From Elusimicrobiales bacterium (GTDB lineage Bacteria; Elusimicrobiota; Elusimicrobia; Elusimicrobiales; UBA9959), in contig JAQTOU010000001.1 of NCBI GenBank assembly GCA_028713125.1, positions 78,273 to 142,272 of the forward strand: 64,000 nucleotides of DNA, read 5' to 3'. Under the pieces are notes generated by a model that saw only the letters and a program-made list of their open reading frames with translations, was not told the origin of the DNA and ran no database searches. Positions within the stretch are counted from its first letter, which is position 1, and every line of letters begins with the position of its first letter. A program made the translations under genes and the position numbers. Below, in pieces: positions 8,934-18,301 of the stretch.

Positions 8934-9772
8934 GGGGCCTTCCGGAGCTCTGCCTGGGCGGCGCTCAGGCAGGCGCAGAAGATGAAGATAACTCCGGAGA
9001 CATAGGTCCAGAGAAGGAGCGCCATTATGCCGGCGAAGGCGCCGTAAACGGCGTTGAAGGACGCGAAGTGCTTGAGGTAGAACACGAACAGGTTCTGCGC
9101 GGAGTGCAGCAGGAGGGCGGCGCCGAGCGCGGCGACCCAGACCTCGGAGTATTTCGTGCGGCGGTGCGGCGCGAGCCGGTAGAAGAACACCAGGCTCAGG
9201 AAGACCATGACCCACGGGATGAAGAACAGTCCGAGCCGGTAGGCCCAGGGAAGGAAGATCCCGCTCGTGAGCAGCCCCCCCGACATTTTTCCCGCCAGCG
9301 GCGCGCCTATTCCCGTCAGGACCGCGATTATCAGGATAATAAGGAGGGCCAGACTTTTAAGCGGGAGTTTCCACCAGTGGCTGCCGGTGGTTCCCCAGGC
9401 GCGGTTGGCGGCCTGGATAAGAGTGGTGAAGAATTGGATTGACACCCACACCAGCATCAGGAGCGCTACGGCGCTGGCTTTGCCGCGGGCGGCTATAACG
9501 TGGGAGAGGGTGTCAAAGACATAATGCTGCATCTCCTCGCTGAGCGGCACGAATTTTTCGACGTAGGTTATCACCACGCCGGCGGCCTGCCCGCGGTCGG
9601 TAAAGAAGGAGGCGGCCGTTACGAAAAGGACCATCAGGGGAAAGAGAGCGAAGAAAGCGCTATAGGCGAAAGCGGCGGCGCGCTGTTCCCCGTCGATGCG
9701 CATGAATTTCTGGACCGTGAGGCGCAGGGTCCCGAAGATCTTTTGCGCGATGGTATATATTCTTTGCGGCAT
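8930..9772 (-). CDS. YihY/BrkB-family inner-membrane protein
   Basis: 280 aa from the ATG at 9772 (MPQRIYTIAQKIF..). The AAAFAYSAFFALFPL motif and multiple TM segments are typical of the YihY family. Confidence 0.7.
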   Translation of the reverse strand: MPQRIYTIAQKIFGTLRLTVQKFMRIDGEQRAAAFAYSAFFALFPLMVLFVTAASFFTDRGQAAGVVITYVEKFVPLSEEMQHYVFDTLSHVIAARGKASAVALLMLVWVSIQFFTTLIQAANRAWGTTGSHWWKLPLKSLALLIILIIAVLTGIGAPLAGKMSGGLLTSGIFLPWAYRLGLFFIPWVMVFLSLVFFYRLAPHRRTKYSEVWVAALGAALLLHSAQNLFVFYLKHFASFNAVYGAFAGIMALLLWTYVSGVIFIFCACLSAAQAELRKAP

Positions 9773-9855
9773 GTTGAGTTCGCCTTGCGGCGCGGCCCCG
9801 GGAGCATCGCTCCCGGGGCCGCCCACGCAGCGGGCCCGGCTGCGTTTATTTTAAC

Positions 9856-11694
9856 TTAATTCAGCTTCGCGTACTTCTCTGCGGCCGCGCCTTCTCCGGA
9901 GAGGCCCAGCTTCTCCAGGGTTTCCCTGGTCGGGATGCCGCGGTTATCGTAGCCGCGCTGGTCGTAGTAATGCTGAAGCAGCCGGTCGTATTTGTCGTAC
10001 TCCAGGTACTTGCCGGCCACGGGGCCTTCTTTGTCGGCGTTGGCCGGGTCGAACCAGACGGCCGGAGGATAATCGCCTTTGCGCGTCGCCTCGGGGAACT
10101 CGCGGATATAATGCAGCTTCATCAGGGCATAGGTGCGGTCGGCTACTTTCCACATGTCGTCGAGAGTCCAGTTCAGGCCGGTGGCCATATTAAAGTACCT
10201 GGGGTAGTTGTCCAGCGTCCAGCCCAGCTCGATCCAGGGGAAGCGGCAAGCCACCATGAATTCGAACATCCCGCCGCGGATGCGCTGCAGCTCTATCACC
10301 TTGGCCGCTTTTTCGGGTCCGTAGGACTCGCGGCTGCTGAGCTTGAGCTCGAAGGTTATGATCCAGGCTTCCTTATGGTGAGCGCCCATGGGGCCCACGC
10401 CGAAGGACAACGCCTGGCCGGGGATGAACTTGCAGTTGTAGGCGGCGATATCCAGGCCTTTTACCTGCAGCGCGTAGGCTTCGGAATTGTGGCCGAATTT
10501 CTTCGCCATGCGCAGCGAGCCCTCGGCCAGGAGATTCCCAACCTCGCCTTCACGCCGCGCGCACATGCCAAGAAGCTCCTTACCACGCTCGGCGTCGCCG
10601 AATTTGAAATCTCCCTTCGTGGCCCCACGGGCGATGGCGTCCGCGTAGAAGCTCAGCGTGCAGCCGGCCGACATCGTATCCAGACCGTACTCGTCGCAGA
10701 GGTAATTGAGCGAGCCCACCTGGTCGAGCTCGAAGACGTTCAGGTTCGAACCCAGCAGGGCGACGTTCTCGTAGTCCAGCTCGGATTCGCGGCCCTCTTT
10801 GTCGTGGATAGTGATGCCGCATTTCATCGTGCAGCTTGGGCAGCCGTAAGTGGCAACGCGGGCATTGTCGAGGCGCTCGCCGTCTATCTTCCAGGCGTCG
10901 GGGCTGCTGGTCTTGCGGCAGTTCTCCACCGGGAGGGCGGCCACTTCGTTGCACCAGGCCAGCACGCCGTTGGTGCTCTGCTTGGACCAGCCGGATTTCT
11001 GGTCCATTTCGTGGACGGTTTTAAGGTCGCCGTAGCCGGCTTTCTTCATAGCGTCGGGCTCGGCCTGCGGAATAGCTTTTGTTCCTTTTACCACGATGGC
11101 CTTGAGCAGTTTCGAGCCCATGACCGCGCCTATGCCGGGGCGCCCGCCCGCGCGGCCCTCCAGGCTGCGCACCACGGCGTAGCGCACCATGTTCTCGCCG
11201 GCCTGCCCGATGTTCAGGACGCCGGCGTTCTTGCCGTATTTCTTGTAGATCCAGTCGTTGGAGAAGTAGGTCCCTTTCCCCCACATCTCTTCGGCGCTGA
11301 GGAATTCCACTTTGTCGTCCTCGATGTAGAGCATGGTGGGCCTTTCGGCCTTCCCTTCCACGATCATCGCGTCGTAGCCGGCCTTGCGCAGCTGGCTGGA
11401 AACGTGCGTGCCCAGGTTCCCGTCGCCGTAGAAGCCCGTAAGTGGTGATTTGGCGGCGACGATGCACTTGCCGGTATTGGGGGCCGGGATGCCGGAGATG
11501 GGGCCCAGGGCGACCACCAGCTTGTTCTCGGGGCCGAGCGGGTCTATGCCCGGCTTGAGCTCGTCGTAAAGTATCTTGGCGGCGAAGCCGCGGCCGCCTA
11601 CCCACTTCTGGGCGAATTCTTCGGTGAAAGATTCTTTCTTGAACGTCTTGGTAGTCAGGTTAACCCTGAGAATATAGCCTATCCATCCTTTCAT
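9856..11694 (-). CDS. aor: Aldehyde:ferredoxin oxidoreductase (tungstopterin AOR family)
   Basis: 612 aa. N-terminus ILRVNLTT..WVGGRGFAAKILYDE..PENKLV is typical of AOR. Full-length AOR-family architecture. Confidence 0.85.
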   Translation of the reverse strand: MKGWIGYILRVNLTTKTFKKESFTEEFAQKWVGGRGFAAKILYDELKPGIDPLGPENKLVVALGPISGIPAPNTGKCIVAAKSPLTGFYGDGNLGTHVSSQLRKAGYDAMIVEGKAERPTMLYIEDDKVEFLSAEEMWGKGTYFSNDWIYKKYGKNAGVLNIGQAGENMVRYAVVRSLEGRAGGRPGIGAVMGSKLLKAIVVKGTKAIPQAEPDAMKKAGYGDLKTVHEMDQKSGWSKQSTNGVLAWCNEVAALPVENCRKTSSPDAWKIDGERLDNARVATYGCPSCTMKCGITIHDKEGRESELDYENVALLGSNLNVFELDQVGSLNYLCDEYGLDTMSAGCTLSFYADAIARGATKGDFKFGDAERGKELLGMCARREGEVGNLLAEGSLRMAKKFGHNSEAYALQVKGLDIAAYNCKFIPGQALSFGVGPMGAHHKEAWIITFELKLSSRESYGPEKAAKVIELQRIRGGMFEFMVACRFPWIELGWTLDNYPRYFNMATGLNWTLDDMWKVADRTYALMKLHYIREFPEATRKGDYPPAVWFDPANADKEGPVAGKYLEYDKYDRLLQHYYDQRGYDNRGIPTRETLEKLGLSGEGAAAEKYAKLN

Positions 11695-11742
11695 TGTATT
11701 GCCTCCTGGTAAATATAGTCTGAGTCGCGGATACGCAAGAAA

Positions 11743-13074
11743 CTACTTTTTCGCTTTCGGTTTCCGGGGCTGCGCTTTCGTGGCGGTCCCGATGGCTTTG
11801 TCGATTATATCCAGCCCCTCTACCAGCTGCTCGTCGGTGATCACGAGCGGCAGCAGGAGGCGGATGACGTTCTTGTGCAGGCCCGCGCCTGCGAGTATGA
11901 CCCCGTTATCCCGGGCTTCCTGTATCACTTTCTGGCAGGTCTCGGTGTCGGGCGACCAGCTCTCCTCGTCCTTGATGAATTCGATAGCGAGCATCGCGCC
12001 GACTCCCCTCACTTCTTTTATCGCGGGGTATTTCCCCTTAAAGCCTTCGAAGCGCTTCCTTATGATCTTCCCGAGGTAAACGGCCCGCTCGAGCAGTTTT
12101 TGTTCGTCGATCATTTTTATGATCTCGATGGCGGCCGCGCAGCCCAGCGGATTCCCGCCGTAGGTGCTGCCTATGGAACTTTTCGGGAGCGCGTCGAAGA
12201 GCTTCTTGTCCCCGACCACGGCCGAGAGCGGCAGGCCGCCCGCGATGGATTTGCCGAGCGTGATCAGGTCCGGCTCGACGCCCCAGTTCTGTATAGCGAA
12301 GAATTTCCCGGTTCTTCCATAGCCCGACTGCACCTCGTCGGCGACCATCAGGATCCCGTATTTAGAGGTGACGCGGCGTATCTCTTTGAGGAAGCCCTCG
12401 GGCGGGACATTGAAGCCTCCCTCGCCCTGGATGGGCTCTATCACGACCGCCGCGACGTCCTCGGGGCAGACGTTCTCGAGGAGGAGCTTTTCAAAATCCT
12501 CGGCGGCATACTTGTTCTTGCGCGGGTTCGGGTAAGGCAGCCGGTAGACGTCCGGCGCGGTGCCGAACAAATACTTGTAGGGCATAGGGCGGTGCGTCAT
12601 GGTCATCGTCAGCAGGGTGCGGCCATGGAAGGCCCCCTCGAAAACCACTATGCTCCTGCGCCTGGTTGCGCCCCTCGCGATCTTTACGGCGTTCTCGACC
12701 GCCTCGGCTCCGCTGTTAAAGAAAGCTACGGCCTTTTCCGCGGTCCCCCGCGCTTTTTCAGCCAGCATCTCGGACAGCTGCACCCAGGGCTCGTAGGGGA
12801 TGACGGTGAAATCGGAATGAAGAAAATTCTCCGCCTGCGCCTTTACCGCGCGGACCACGCTTTCCGGGCTATAGCCGGTTACAAGGCAGCCCCAGCCCCC
12901 GGTGAAATCCAGGAACCTGTTCCCGTCCACATCCTCTATAGCGGCGCCGAACCCTTTCTTTATATAGAAGGGGGCGAGGGAGTCCATAGGCGAGGCCGAG
13001 GAAACTTTCCTTCTCGCGGAGAGCGCTTTGCTCTCCGGCCCGGGTATTTCGGTCTTAATGAGTGTATGTTTCAT
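11743..13074 (-). CDS. Class III PLP aminotransferase, 4-aminobutyrate aminotransferase-like
   Basis: 443 aa. GabT-like N-terminus IKTEIPGPES, ADEVQSGYGRTGKFFA, and a PLP-lysine region LGKSIAGGLP. Confidence 0.8.
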   Translation of the reverse strand: MKHTLIKTEIPGPESKALSARRKVSSASPMDSLAPFYIKKGFGAAIEDVDGNRFLDFTGGWGCLVTGYSPESVVRAVKAQAENFLHSDFTVIPYEPWVQLSEMLAEKARGTAEKAVAFFNSGAEAVENAVKIARGATRRRSIVVFEGAFHGRTLLTMTMTHRPMPYKYLFGTAPDVYRLPYPNPRKNKYAAEDFEKLLLENVCPEDVAAVVIEPIQGEGGFNVPPEGFLKEIRRVTSKYGILMVADEVQSGYGRTGKFFAIQNWGVEPDLITLGKSIAGGLPLSAVVGDKKLFDALPKSSIGSTYGGNPLGCAAAIEIIKMIDEQKLLERAVYLGKIIRKRFEGFKGKYPAIKEVRGVGAMLAIEFIKDEESWSPDTETCQKVIQEARDNGVILAGAGLHKNVIRLLLPLVITDEQLVEGLDIIDKAIGTATKAQPRKPKAKK

Positions 13075-13076
13075 TA

Positions 13077-13577
13077 TCAGGCGGGGTTGGACAGCATAAG
13101 CTTCCGGGTGTACGGGATAAGGCCGCCGGCGTCGATAATGGCCTGGCGCGCCTTCGGGAGCGGGTTAGTAGCGAACGATTTCCCGGAAGTCCGGTTCATC
13201 ATCCTCCCGCCCTCTATCTCGAGCTCGTCCCCTTCGGCGGCCTCTATCTCCGGGCAGACGATGATATTAAGGCCCAGGTTGATGGCGCTCTGCAGGAAGA
13301 TGCGCGAGATGTCGCGCGCCACGATCATCATCTCGTAGCCTTTCAGGCAGGAGACGGCCTGTTCCCTGGAGGAGCCGCAGCCGAAGTTCTTTCCCGCGAC
13401 GAGGGCGCTGCCTTTGGGGATCTCCCCCGACTTCAGCCTTTTGTTGAAGTCGGGGTTGTCCGCGAAGGCGAAGGCCGGCGTTTCTGAGGGCAGCACCGTG
13501 GCCATGAAGCGCCCCGGGTAAATTATGTCGGTGGATACGTCGTCTCCAACTTTAAGGACTACTTTCTTCGTGCTCAT
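13077..13577 (-). CDS. Aconitase-family hydro-lyase, small subunit (LeuD/HacB-like)
   Basis: 166 aa from the ATG at 13577 (MSTKKVVLKVGDD). ATGA overlap with the large subunit. GKNFGCGSSREQA swivel-domain motif. The track ORF start at 13841 lies inside the large-subunit gene and is rejected. Confidence 0.8.
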   Translation of the reverse strand: MSTKKVVLKVGDDVSTDIIYPGRFMATVLPSETPAFAFADNPDFNKRLKSGEIPKGSALVAGKNFGCGSSREQAVSCLKGYEMMIVARDISRIFLQSAINLGLNIIVCPEIEAAEGDELEIEGGRMMNRTSGKSFATNPLPKARQAIIDAGGLIPYTRKLMLSNPA

Positions 13578-14863
13578 TTTGCCTCCCTGGGATCGGTTAT
13601 TACGCCCGTAAGCGCGCTCGCCGCGGCTACCGCCGGGGAGCAGAGGTAAACTTCGGCTTTCGGGTTGCCCATGCGCCCCTTGAAATTCCGGTTGGTGGTC
13701 GCCAGCGCTACCTCGTTGTCGCCAAGCGCGCCCTGGTGGATGCCGAGGCATGGCCCGCAGCCCGGATTGCAGACCACCGCGCCGGCGCGGGAGATGTCCT
13801 GGATGAAGCCGAGGTCCATCGCCTTGTGGTAGATGCGCCACGAGGCCGGGAACACCAGCATGCGCGTGCCGTCCACTACGCGCTTCCCTTTAAGTATCTT
13901 CGCCGCGACCTCGAGGTCGTCAAGGCGCCCGTTGGTGCAGGAGCCTATCACTATCTGGTGGAGCTTTTTACCCTTCACTTCCGTAACCGGCTTCACATTG
14001 TCCACGGTATGCGGGCAGGCTATCTGCGGGGTAAGCTTCGAGGCGTCTATCTCCAGGACCTGCTCGTAGACGGCGTCGGCGTCCGGGCCGAAGGTCTCTA
14101 TCTTCTCTTTCACACCGGCTTCCTCGCGGAGGTAGCGCAGCGTTTCCTCGTCGGGCGGGACCAGCCCTGAGGTGGCGCCGGCCTCAACGCTCATATTGCA
14201 GATGGTAAGCCGGCCGGAGGTGGACATGTTCCGGATCGTGTCGCCGTGGAATTCCAATACCTTGTAATTCGCGCCCTGCGCGGTGAGCTTTCCTATCACA
14301 TAGAGGATCAGGTCTTTAGGATAAACGTAAGCGGGCAGCTTGCCGTTGACCACGACCTTGATGGTGGCCGGGACTTCCACGTTAAGGATCCTGCCCAGCG
14401 TCCAGACGGAAGCCATCTCGGTGGCGCCGACGCCGAAAGAAAATGCCCCGAGCGCGCCGTGGGTAGTGGTGTGGCTGTCGGTGCCGACCAGGACATAGCC
14501 GGGCCGCACATAGCCGTTCTCCGGGAGGATCTGGTGGCAGATGCCGCCCACGTCGCCGCGGACATCGTGGAATTTCTTTATGCCCTGCTTGCCCACGAAC
14601 TCGCGGGTCTTTTTCTGGTTGCCTGCCGTCTTGGAAGACTCGGCGGGGACGCGGTGGTCGAAGATTATGGCGATATTGTCAGGGTTCCAGACTTTGGCTT
14701 CGCGGTCCGTGCCTTTGTAGATCTCTTCAAATTGACTTATCACCAGCGCGCCGTTCTCATGCGACATCGCCAGGTTCACTTTCGGCTCGAGCACTTCGCC
14801 GACATCCACTTTCGACTGGCCGACCGCTTTGGCCAGCAGCTTCTGTACGTAGGTCATTCCCAT
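13574..14863 (-). CDS. Aconitase-family hydro-lyase, large subunit (archaeal-type LeuC/HacA-like)
   Basis: 429 aa. GTDSHTTTHG, and Fe-S ligand regions IGSCTNGR and CNPGCGPCLG. Confidence 0.85.
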   Translation of the reverse strand: MGMTYVQKLLAKAVGQSKVDVGEVLEPKVNLAMSHENGALVISQFEEIYKGTDREAKVWNPDNIAIIFDHRVPAESSKTAGNQKKTREFVGKQGIKKFHDVRGDVGGICHQILPENGYVRPGYVLVGTDSHTTTHGALGAFSFGVGATEMASVWTLGRILNVEVPATIKVVVNGKLPAYVYPKDLILYVIGKLTAQGANYKVLEFHGDTIRNMSTSGRLTICNMSVEAGATSGLVPPDEETLRYLREEAGVKEKIETFGPDADAVYEQVLEIDASKLTPQIACPHTVDNVKPVTEVKGKKLHQIVIGSCTNGRLDDLEVAAKILKGKRVVDGTRMLVFPASWRIYHKAMDLGFIQDISRAGAVVCNPGCGPCLGIHQGALGDNEVALATTNRNFKGRMGNPKAEVYLCSPAVAAASALTGVITDPREAK

Positions 14864-14884
14864 TGCTTAGTCCTCCTAGATGAT

Positions 14885-16084
14885 TTAAATTACTTTCTTC
14901 TCTTTAAGGGCCGCGAATTCTTCTTCTTTTATTCCCAGGCTTGAAAGTATCTCGGCGGTATGGGCCGAAAGGCGCGGGGGCGGCGCGTTGAGCTCGCCCG
15001 GGGTGTCGGAGAACTGGGCCGCGAGGCCGAACAGCTTCAGGTTCCCGATCCCTTTCTCGTTGATATCCTTCAGGATGGCCCGGTGCTTTATCTGGGGCTG
15101 GCTGAGCGCGTCGCCCAGTTCCAGGATAGCGCCGCTCGGGACGTCTTTGCCGTTAAGGAGCTCCACCCACTCCGCGGTCGGGCGCAGGGCGAATTTCTCC
15201 TCGAGCAGCGGGGTCAGGAGCTTGCGGTTCTTCTTCCGTGTATCGCGTTTCTCGAAGCGCTGGTCGGTCTTCAGCTCCGGCACGCCCACCACGTCGCAGA
15301 GGGCTTCCCACTGCTCCTGTTTATTGGCGGCCACGTTCATATAGCCGTCCTTCGTCTTGAAAGTCCCGGAGGGAGCGGCGGTGAAATTATCATTGCCCAT
15401 CGGGACGGGCTTCTGGCCGGCGATGAGCAGGTTCGCGGCCACCCAGCCCATCAGGGGCATGATGGAGTCAAGCATGGCTATATCTATCATCTGGCCTTTG
15501 CCGCTGTGCTCGCGGTGGTAGAGCGCGGCCATTACCGCGAAGGCGGCGTTGAGCCCCCCCACCGTGTCGCAGATCGGGAAGCCGGCGCGCAGCGGGTGCA
15601 GCCGCTCGTCGCCGTTGACGTCCATTACGCCGCTCAGGCCCTGGATGATCTGGTCGTAGGCGGGCTTGAAAGCGTCGGGGCCGGTCTGGCCGAAGCCGGA
15701 GATAGAGCAGTAAATGAGGCGGGGATTTATTTCCGCGAGGGTTTGATAGCCCAGGCCGAGGCGGCCCATCACGTCGGGCCGGAAATTCTCCACCAGCACG
15801 TCCGCGGTCTTTACCAGCTTTTTAAAGATCTCTTTTCCCTCGGGCGTCTTGGTGTTGAGGGTGACCGATTTTTTATTGGAGTTCTGGGCCAGGAAGCTGG
15901 TGCCCATCAGCTGCTCGTTCAGGGCGGGCATCACGCCAAGCTTGCGGGCCAGGTCGCCGTCCTTTGGATTCTCTATCTTTATTACTTCCGCGCCGAGCAG
16001 AGCGAGGTGGAGGGTAGCGAAAGGGCCGGACAGGACATTGGTAAGGTCAAGCACCCTTACGCCGGAAAGGATCTGTTTGCTCAT
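14885..16084 (-). CDS. Family III CoA-transferase (CaiB/BaiF type)
   Basis: 399 aa. N-terminus LSGVRVLDLTNVLSGPFAT is characteristic of family III CoA-transferases. Confidence 0.85.
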   Translation of the reverse strand: MSKQILSGVRVLDLTNVLSGPFATLHLALLGAEVIKIENPKDGDLARKLGVMPALNEQLMGTSFLAQNSNKKSVTLNTKTPEGKEIFKKLVKTADVLVENFRPDVMGRLGLGYQTLAEINPRLIYCSISGFGQTGPDAFKPAYDQIIQGLSGVMDVNGDERLHPLRAGFPICDTVGGLNAAFAVMAALYHREHSGKGQMIDIAMLDSIMPLMGWVAANLLIAGQKPVPMGNDNFTAAPSGTFKTKDGYMNVAANKQEQWEALCDVVGVPELKTDQRFEKRDTRKKNRKLLTPLLEEKFALRPTAEWVELLNGKDVPSGAILELGDALSQPQIKHRAILKDINEKGIGNLKLFGLAAQFSDTPGELNAPPPRLSAHTAEILSSLGIKEEEFAALKEKKVI

Positions 16085-16100
16085 GATGCGCTCCTTGAAT

Positions 16101-17024
16101 TTACGGCAGAACGGCTGTTTTTACGCTGATAGGCCCCGTCGTGTAAACGAAACCCTGCATCTCGCGCCCGAAGTGCTTCGCTACGTCGCGGGCGACCTCG
16201 AGCAGCTTCTCCAGGCTTATATCCTTCCTGAGGCCTTCCCTCTGCAGCACGTGCACGAAGTCCTCGGTGGCCACGTTCCCCGCGGCCGTCTTGGTGAAAG
16301 GGCAGCCGCCGAGGCCGGCGAAAGAGGTTTCGAAAGAGGTCACGCCCGACCGCATCGCCGCGAACATATTGGCCATGCCCAGCCCGTAGGTATTGTGGAA
16401 GTGGGCTGTGCAGTCTATGCCCGGGTCGAGCGCCAGGACCGCGCCGAAGAGCCGCTCCACCTGGGCCGGGTGCGCGTGGCCCGCGGTATCGGCGAGGCTT
16501 ATGCTCTTCAGGCCGGCCTCGAGATAGGCGCGCGCTATTTTCAGGACGCGCTCCTCGGGAATGGGCCCTTCGAAGCCGCAGCCGAAAGCCGATTGGACGG
16601 AAACCTGGACTCTCTTGCCGGCGGCCAGCGCCGCTTTGGCCGCCGGTATGATGCGCGCGACGGCCTCGTCCGTGCCCATGCCCGTGTTCTTGCGGCTGTG
16701 GGTTTCGCTGGCCGAGACGCCCAGGCAGAACATTTCCACGCCGCAGGCGAGCCCGCGCTCCAGCCCCTTCTCGTTGAGCACCAGGCCGGAGAGCATGGCT
16801 TTGGACTTTTTGTCCGCCGTAAACCGGCGGAACAGTTCGTCGGTGTCGGCCATCTGCGGCATCTTCACAGGGTGCACGAATGAGCCGACCTGTATTATGT
16901 CCACACCGGATTCCAGCAGTCCGGAGAGCCAGACCGCCTTCTTTTCAAGAGGGACGACCTGGCTTTCCATCTGCAGGCCGTCCCGCAGTCCTACTTCGTG
17001 GAGAAGCAGGGCTTTAGAGGTCAT
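16101..17024 (-). CDS. HMG-CoA-lyase-family (DRE-TIM) hydroxyacyl-CoA lyase
   Basis: 307 aa. EVGLRDGLQ, SFVHPVKMPQMAD and GLGGCPFTKTAAGNVATEDFVHVL closely follow the HMG-CoA lyase pattern. It lacks the C-terminal domains of LeuA/CimA synthases. Confidence 0.8.
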   Translation of the reverse strand: MTSKALLLHEVGLRDGLQMESQVVPLEKKAVWLSGLLESGVDIIQVGSFVHPVKMPQMADTDELFRRFTADKKSKAMLSGLVLNEKGLERGLACGVEMFCLGVSASETHSRKNTGMGTDEAVARIIPAAKAALAAGKRVQVSVQSAFGCGFEGPIPEERVLKIARAYLEAGLKSISLADTAGHAHPAQVERLFGAVLALDPGIDCTAHFHNTYGLGMANMFAAMRSGVTSFETSFAGLGGCPFTKTAAGNVATEDFVHVLQREGLRKDISLEKLLEVARDVAKHFGREMQGFVYTTGPISVKTAVLP

Positions 17025-18157
17025 TTAACGGTTACCGCGCACTTGTCCGCTATGGCCTTCGCCATGTCGATAGTGGTGGCCGAGCCGCCCATATCGTAGG
17101 TGCGCACTTTCCCTTCGGCTATAACCTCGGCGACGGCGTCTTCGATGATCTTCGCCTTGGCGGTCTCCCCCAGCCAGTCCAGCATCATCTTGGCCGCGAG
17201 TATCGTGGCGATGGGGTTTACTTTGTACATGCCGGCGTATTTGGGCGCCGAGCCGTGGGAGGGCTCGAACACGCCGAGTTTCGTTCCGATATTGGCGGAG
17301 CAGCCGAAGCCCAGGCCGCCGACCATCTGCGCGCTAAGGTCGGAGATGATGTCGCCGTAGAGGTTCGGGGCCACCAGCACGTCGTAGTTGAAGGGGTTCT
17401 TCAGCAGCCACATGGTCATGGCGTCGATATTGGCGTCATCCATCTTTATGCCGGGGTATTCCTTGGCCACGGCTTTCGCCGTCTCGAAGAACAGCCCGTC
17501 GGTGGCGCGCACGACGTTCGCCTTGTGCACCACTGTGACCTTCTTGCGGCCGAACTTCTTCGCGAATTCGAAGGCGGCGCGCACTATGCGCTCCGAGCCT
17601 TTGCGGGTGTTTATCTTGCAGGAGATGGCGTATTCATCGCTCTTCAGGCCCTTGAAAGCCTTGAAAGCGGGCGAGAGCTCGGCCAGGACGTCGCGGAGTT
17701 TGTCCGGCACCGTATTGAATTCAACGCCGGCGTAAAGGTCCTCGGTGTTCTCGCGGAACACTACGATATCTATGCCTTCTTTGTAGTTAAGCGGATTCTT
17801 CGGGTAGGCTTTGCAGGGGCGCAGGCAGTTATAGAGGTCGAACATCTGGCGCATGCGCACGATGGGCGAGCGGTAGACCAGGCCTTTTCCCTGCAGGGCG
17901 GGTACCAGCTCTTTCTCGGCGTCTTTTACCGGTTTGGAGGTTATGGCGCCGAACATCGCGGCGTCCACGTTGCCCAGCAGGTCGATAGTGCGCTGGGGGA
18001 AGGAATCGCCTTCCTTGCACCAGAATTCCCAGCCTATGTCTCCGTGGGGGTATTCGGCGTCCAGTCCTACGCGGTCAAGAACGATCTTCGCCGCTTCCAT
18101 CACTTCGACGCCTACGCCGTCGCCTGGCAGCCACGCTATCTTGTATTTCTTTCCCAT
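17021..18157 (-). CDS. Isocitrate/homoisocitrate/isopropylmalate dehydrogenase family protein
   Basis: 378 aa from the ATG at 18157 (MGKKYKIAWLPGDGVG) with a GGAGGA RBS. Motifs VVFRENTEDLYAG, YRSPIVRMRQMFDLYNCLRP and NLYGDIISD. The track start at 18217 lies upstream of the predicted promoter. Confidence 0.85.
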   Translation of the reverse strand: MGKKYKIAWLPGDGVGVEVMEAAKIVLDRVGLDAEYPHGDIGWEFWCKEGDSFPQRTIDLLGNVDAAMFGAITSKPVKDAEKELVPALQGKGLVYRSPIVRMRQMFDLYNCLRPCKAYPKNPLNYKEGIDIVVFRENTEDLYAGVEFNTVPDKLRDVLAELSPAFKAFKGLKSDEYAISCKINTRKGSERIVRAAFEFAKKFGRKKVTVVHKANVVRATDGLFFETAKAVAKEYPGIKMDDANIDAMTMWLLKNPFNYDVLVAPNLYGDIISDLSAQMVGGLGFGCSANIGTKLGVFEPSHGSAPKYAGMYKVNPIATILAAKMMLDWLGETAKAKIIEDAVAEVIAEGKVRTYDMGGSATTIDMAKAIADKCAVTVK

Positions 18158-18221
18158 GTTGGAGTCCTCCGTAGAATCTTTGCCCTGTTTGCCGGATGAA
18201 CCGCTGCACAGGGGCAAAGTT

Positions 18222-18251
18222 ATATTACCACTAAGCCAATTTTGTTGTCAA
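18222..18251 (-). promoter_or_regulatory. Sigma70-like promoter of the IDH-like operon
   Basis: On the minus strand it reads TTGACA (18251-18246), an 18-nt spacer, then TAATAT (18227-18222). It sits about 60 nt upstream of the ATG at 18157. Confidence 0.5.
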
Positions 18252-18301
18252 TTAACACCGGACAAGCCTATTAAATATATTTATCAATATAAGACCCTAC
18301 A

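Noticed and set aside
8934-9215. The N-terminal 94 codons of track ORF 7737..9215 (glycosyltransferase).
   Set aside because: The extension is Arg/Pro/Ala low-complexity and overlaps the yihY-like gene out of frame. Homology starts at VTKPLVVHI, where a GTG start gives a GTGA coupling overlap.
9970-13338. Long plus-strand ORFs (9970..11448 and 11875..13338) antisense to the AOR and aminotransferase genes.
   Set aside because: They show the same artefact pattern: no recognisable domains, and the minus-strand frames carry unmistakable family motifs.
13578-13841. Upstream extensions of track ORFs 13077..13841, 17021..18217, 20528..21289, 47451..49118, 58911..61160 and 8930..9826.
   Set aside because: In each case an internal ATG preceded by a GGAGG-type RBS coincides with the start of family homology or a signal peptide. 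The extensions overlap upstream genes, promoters or hairpins.
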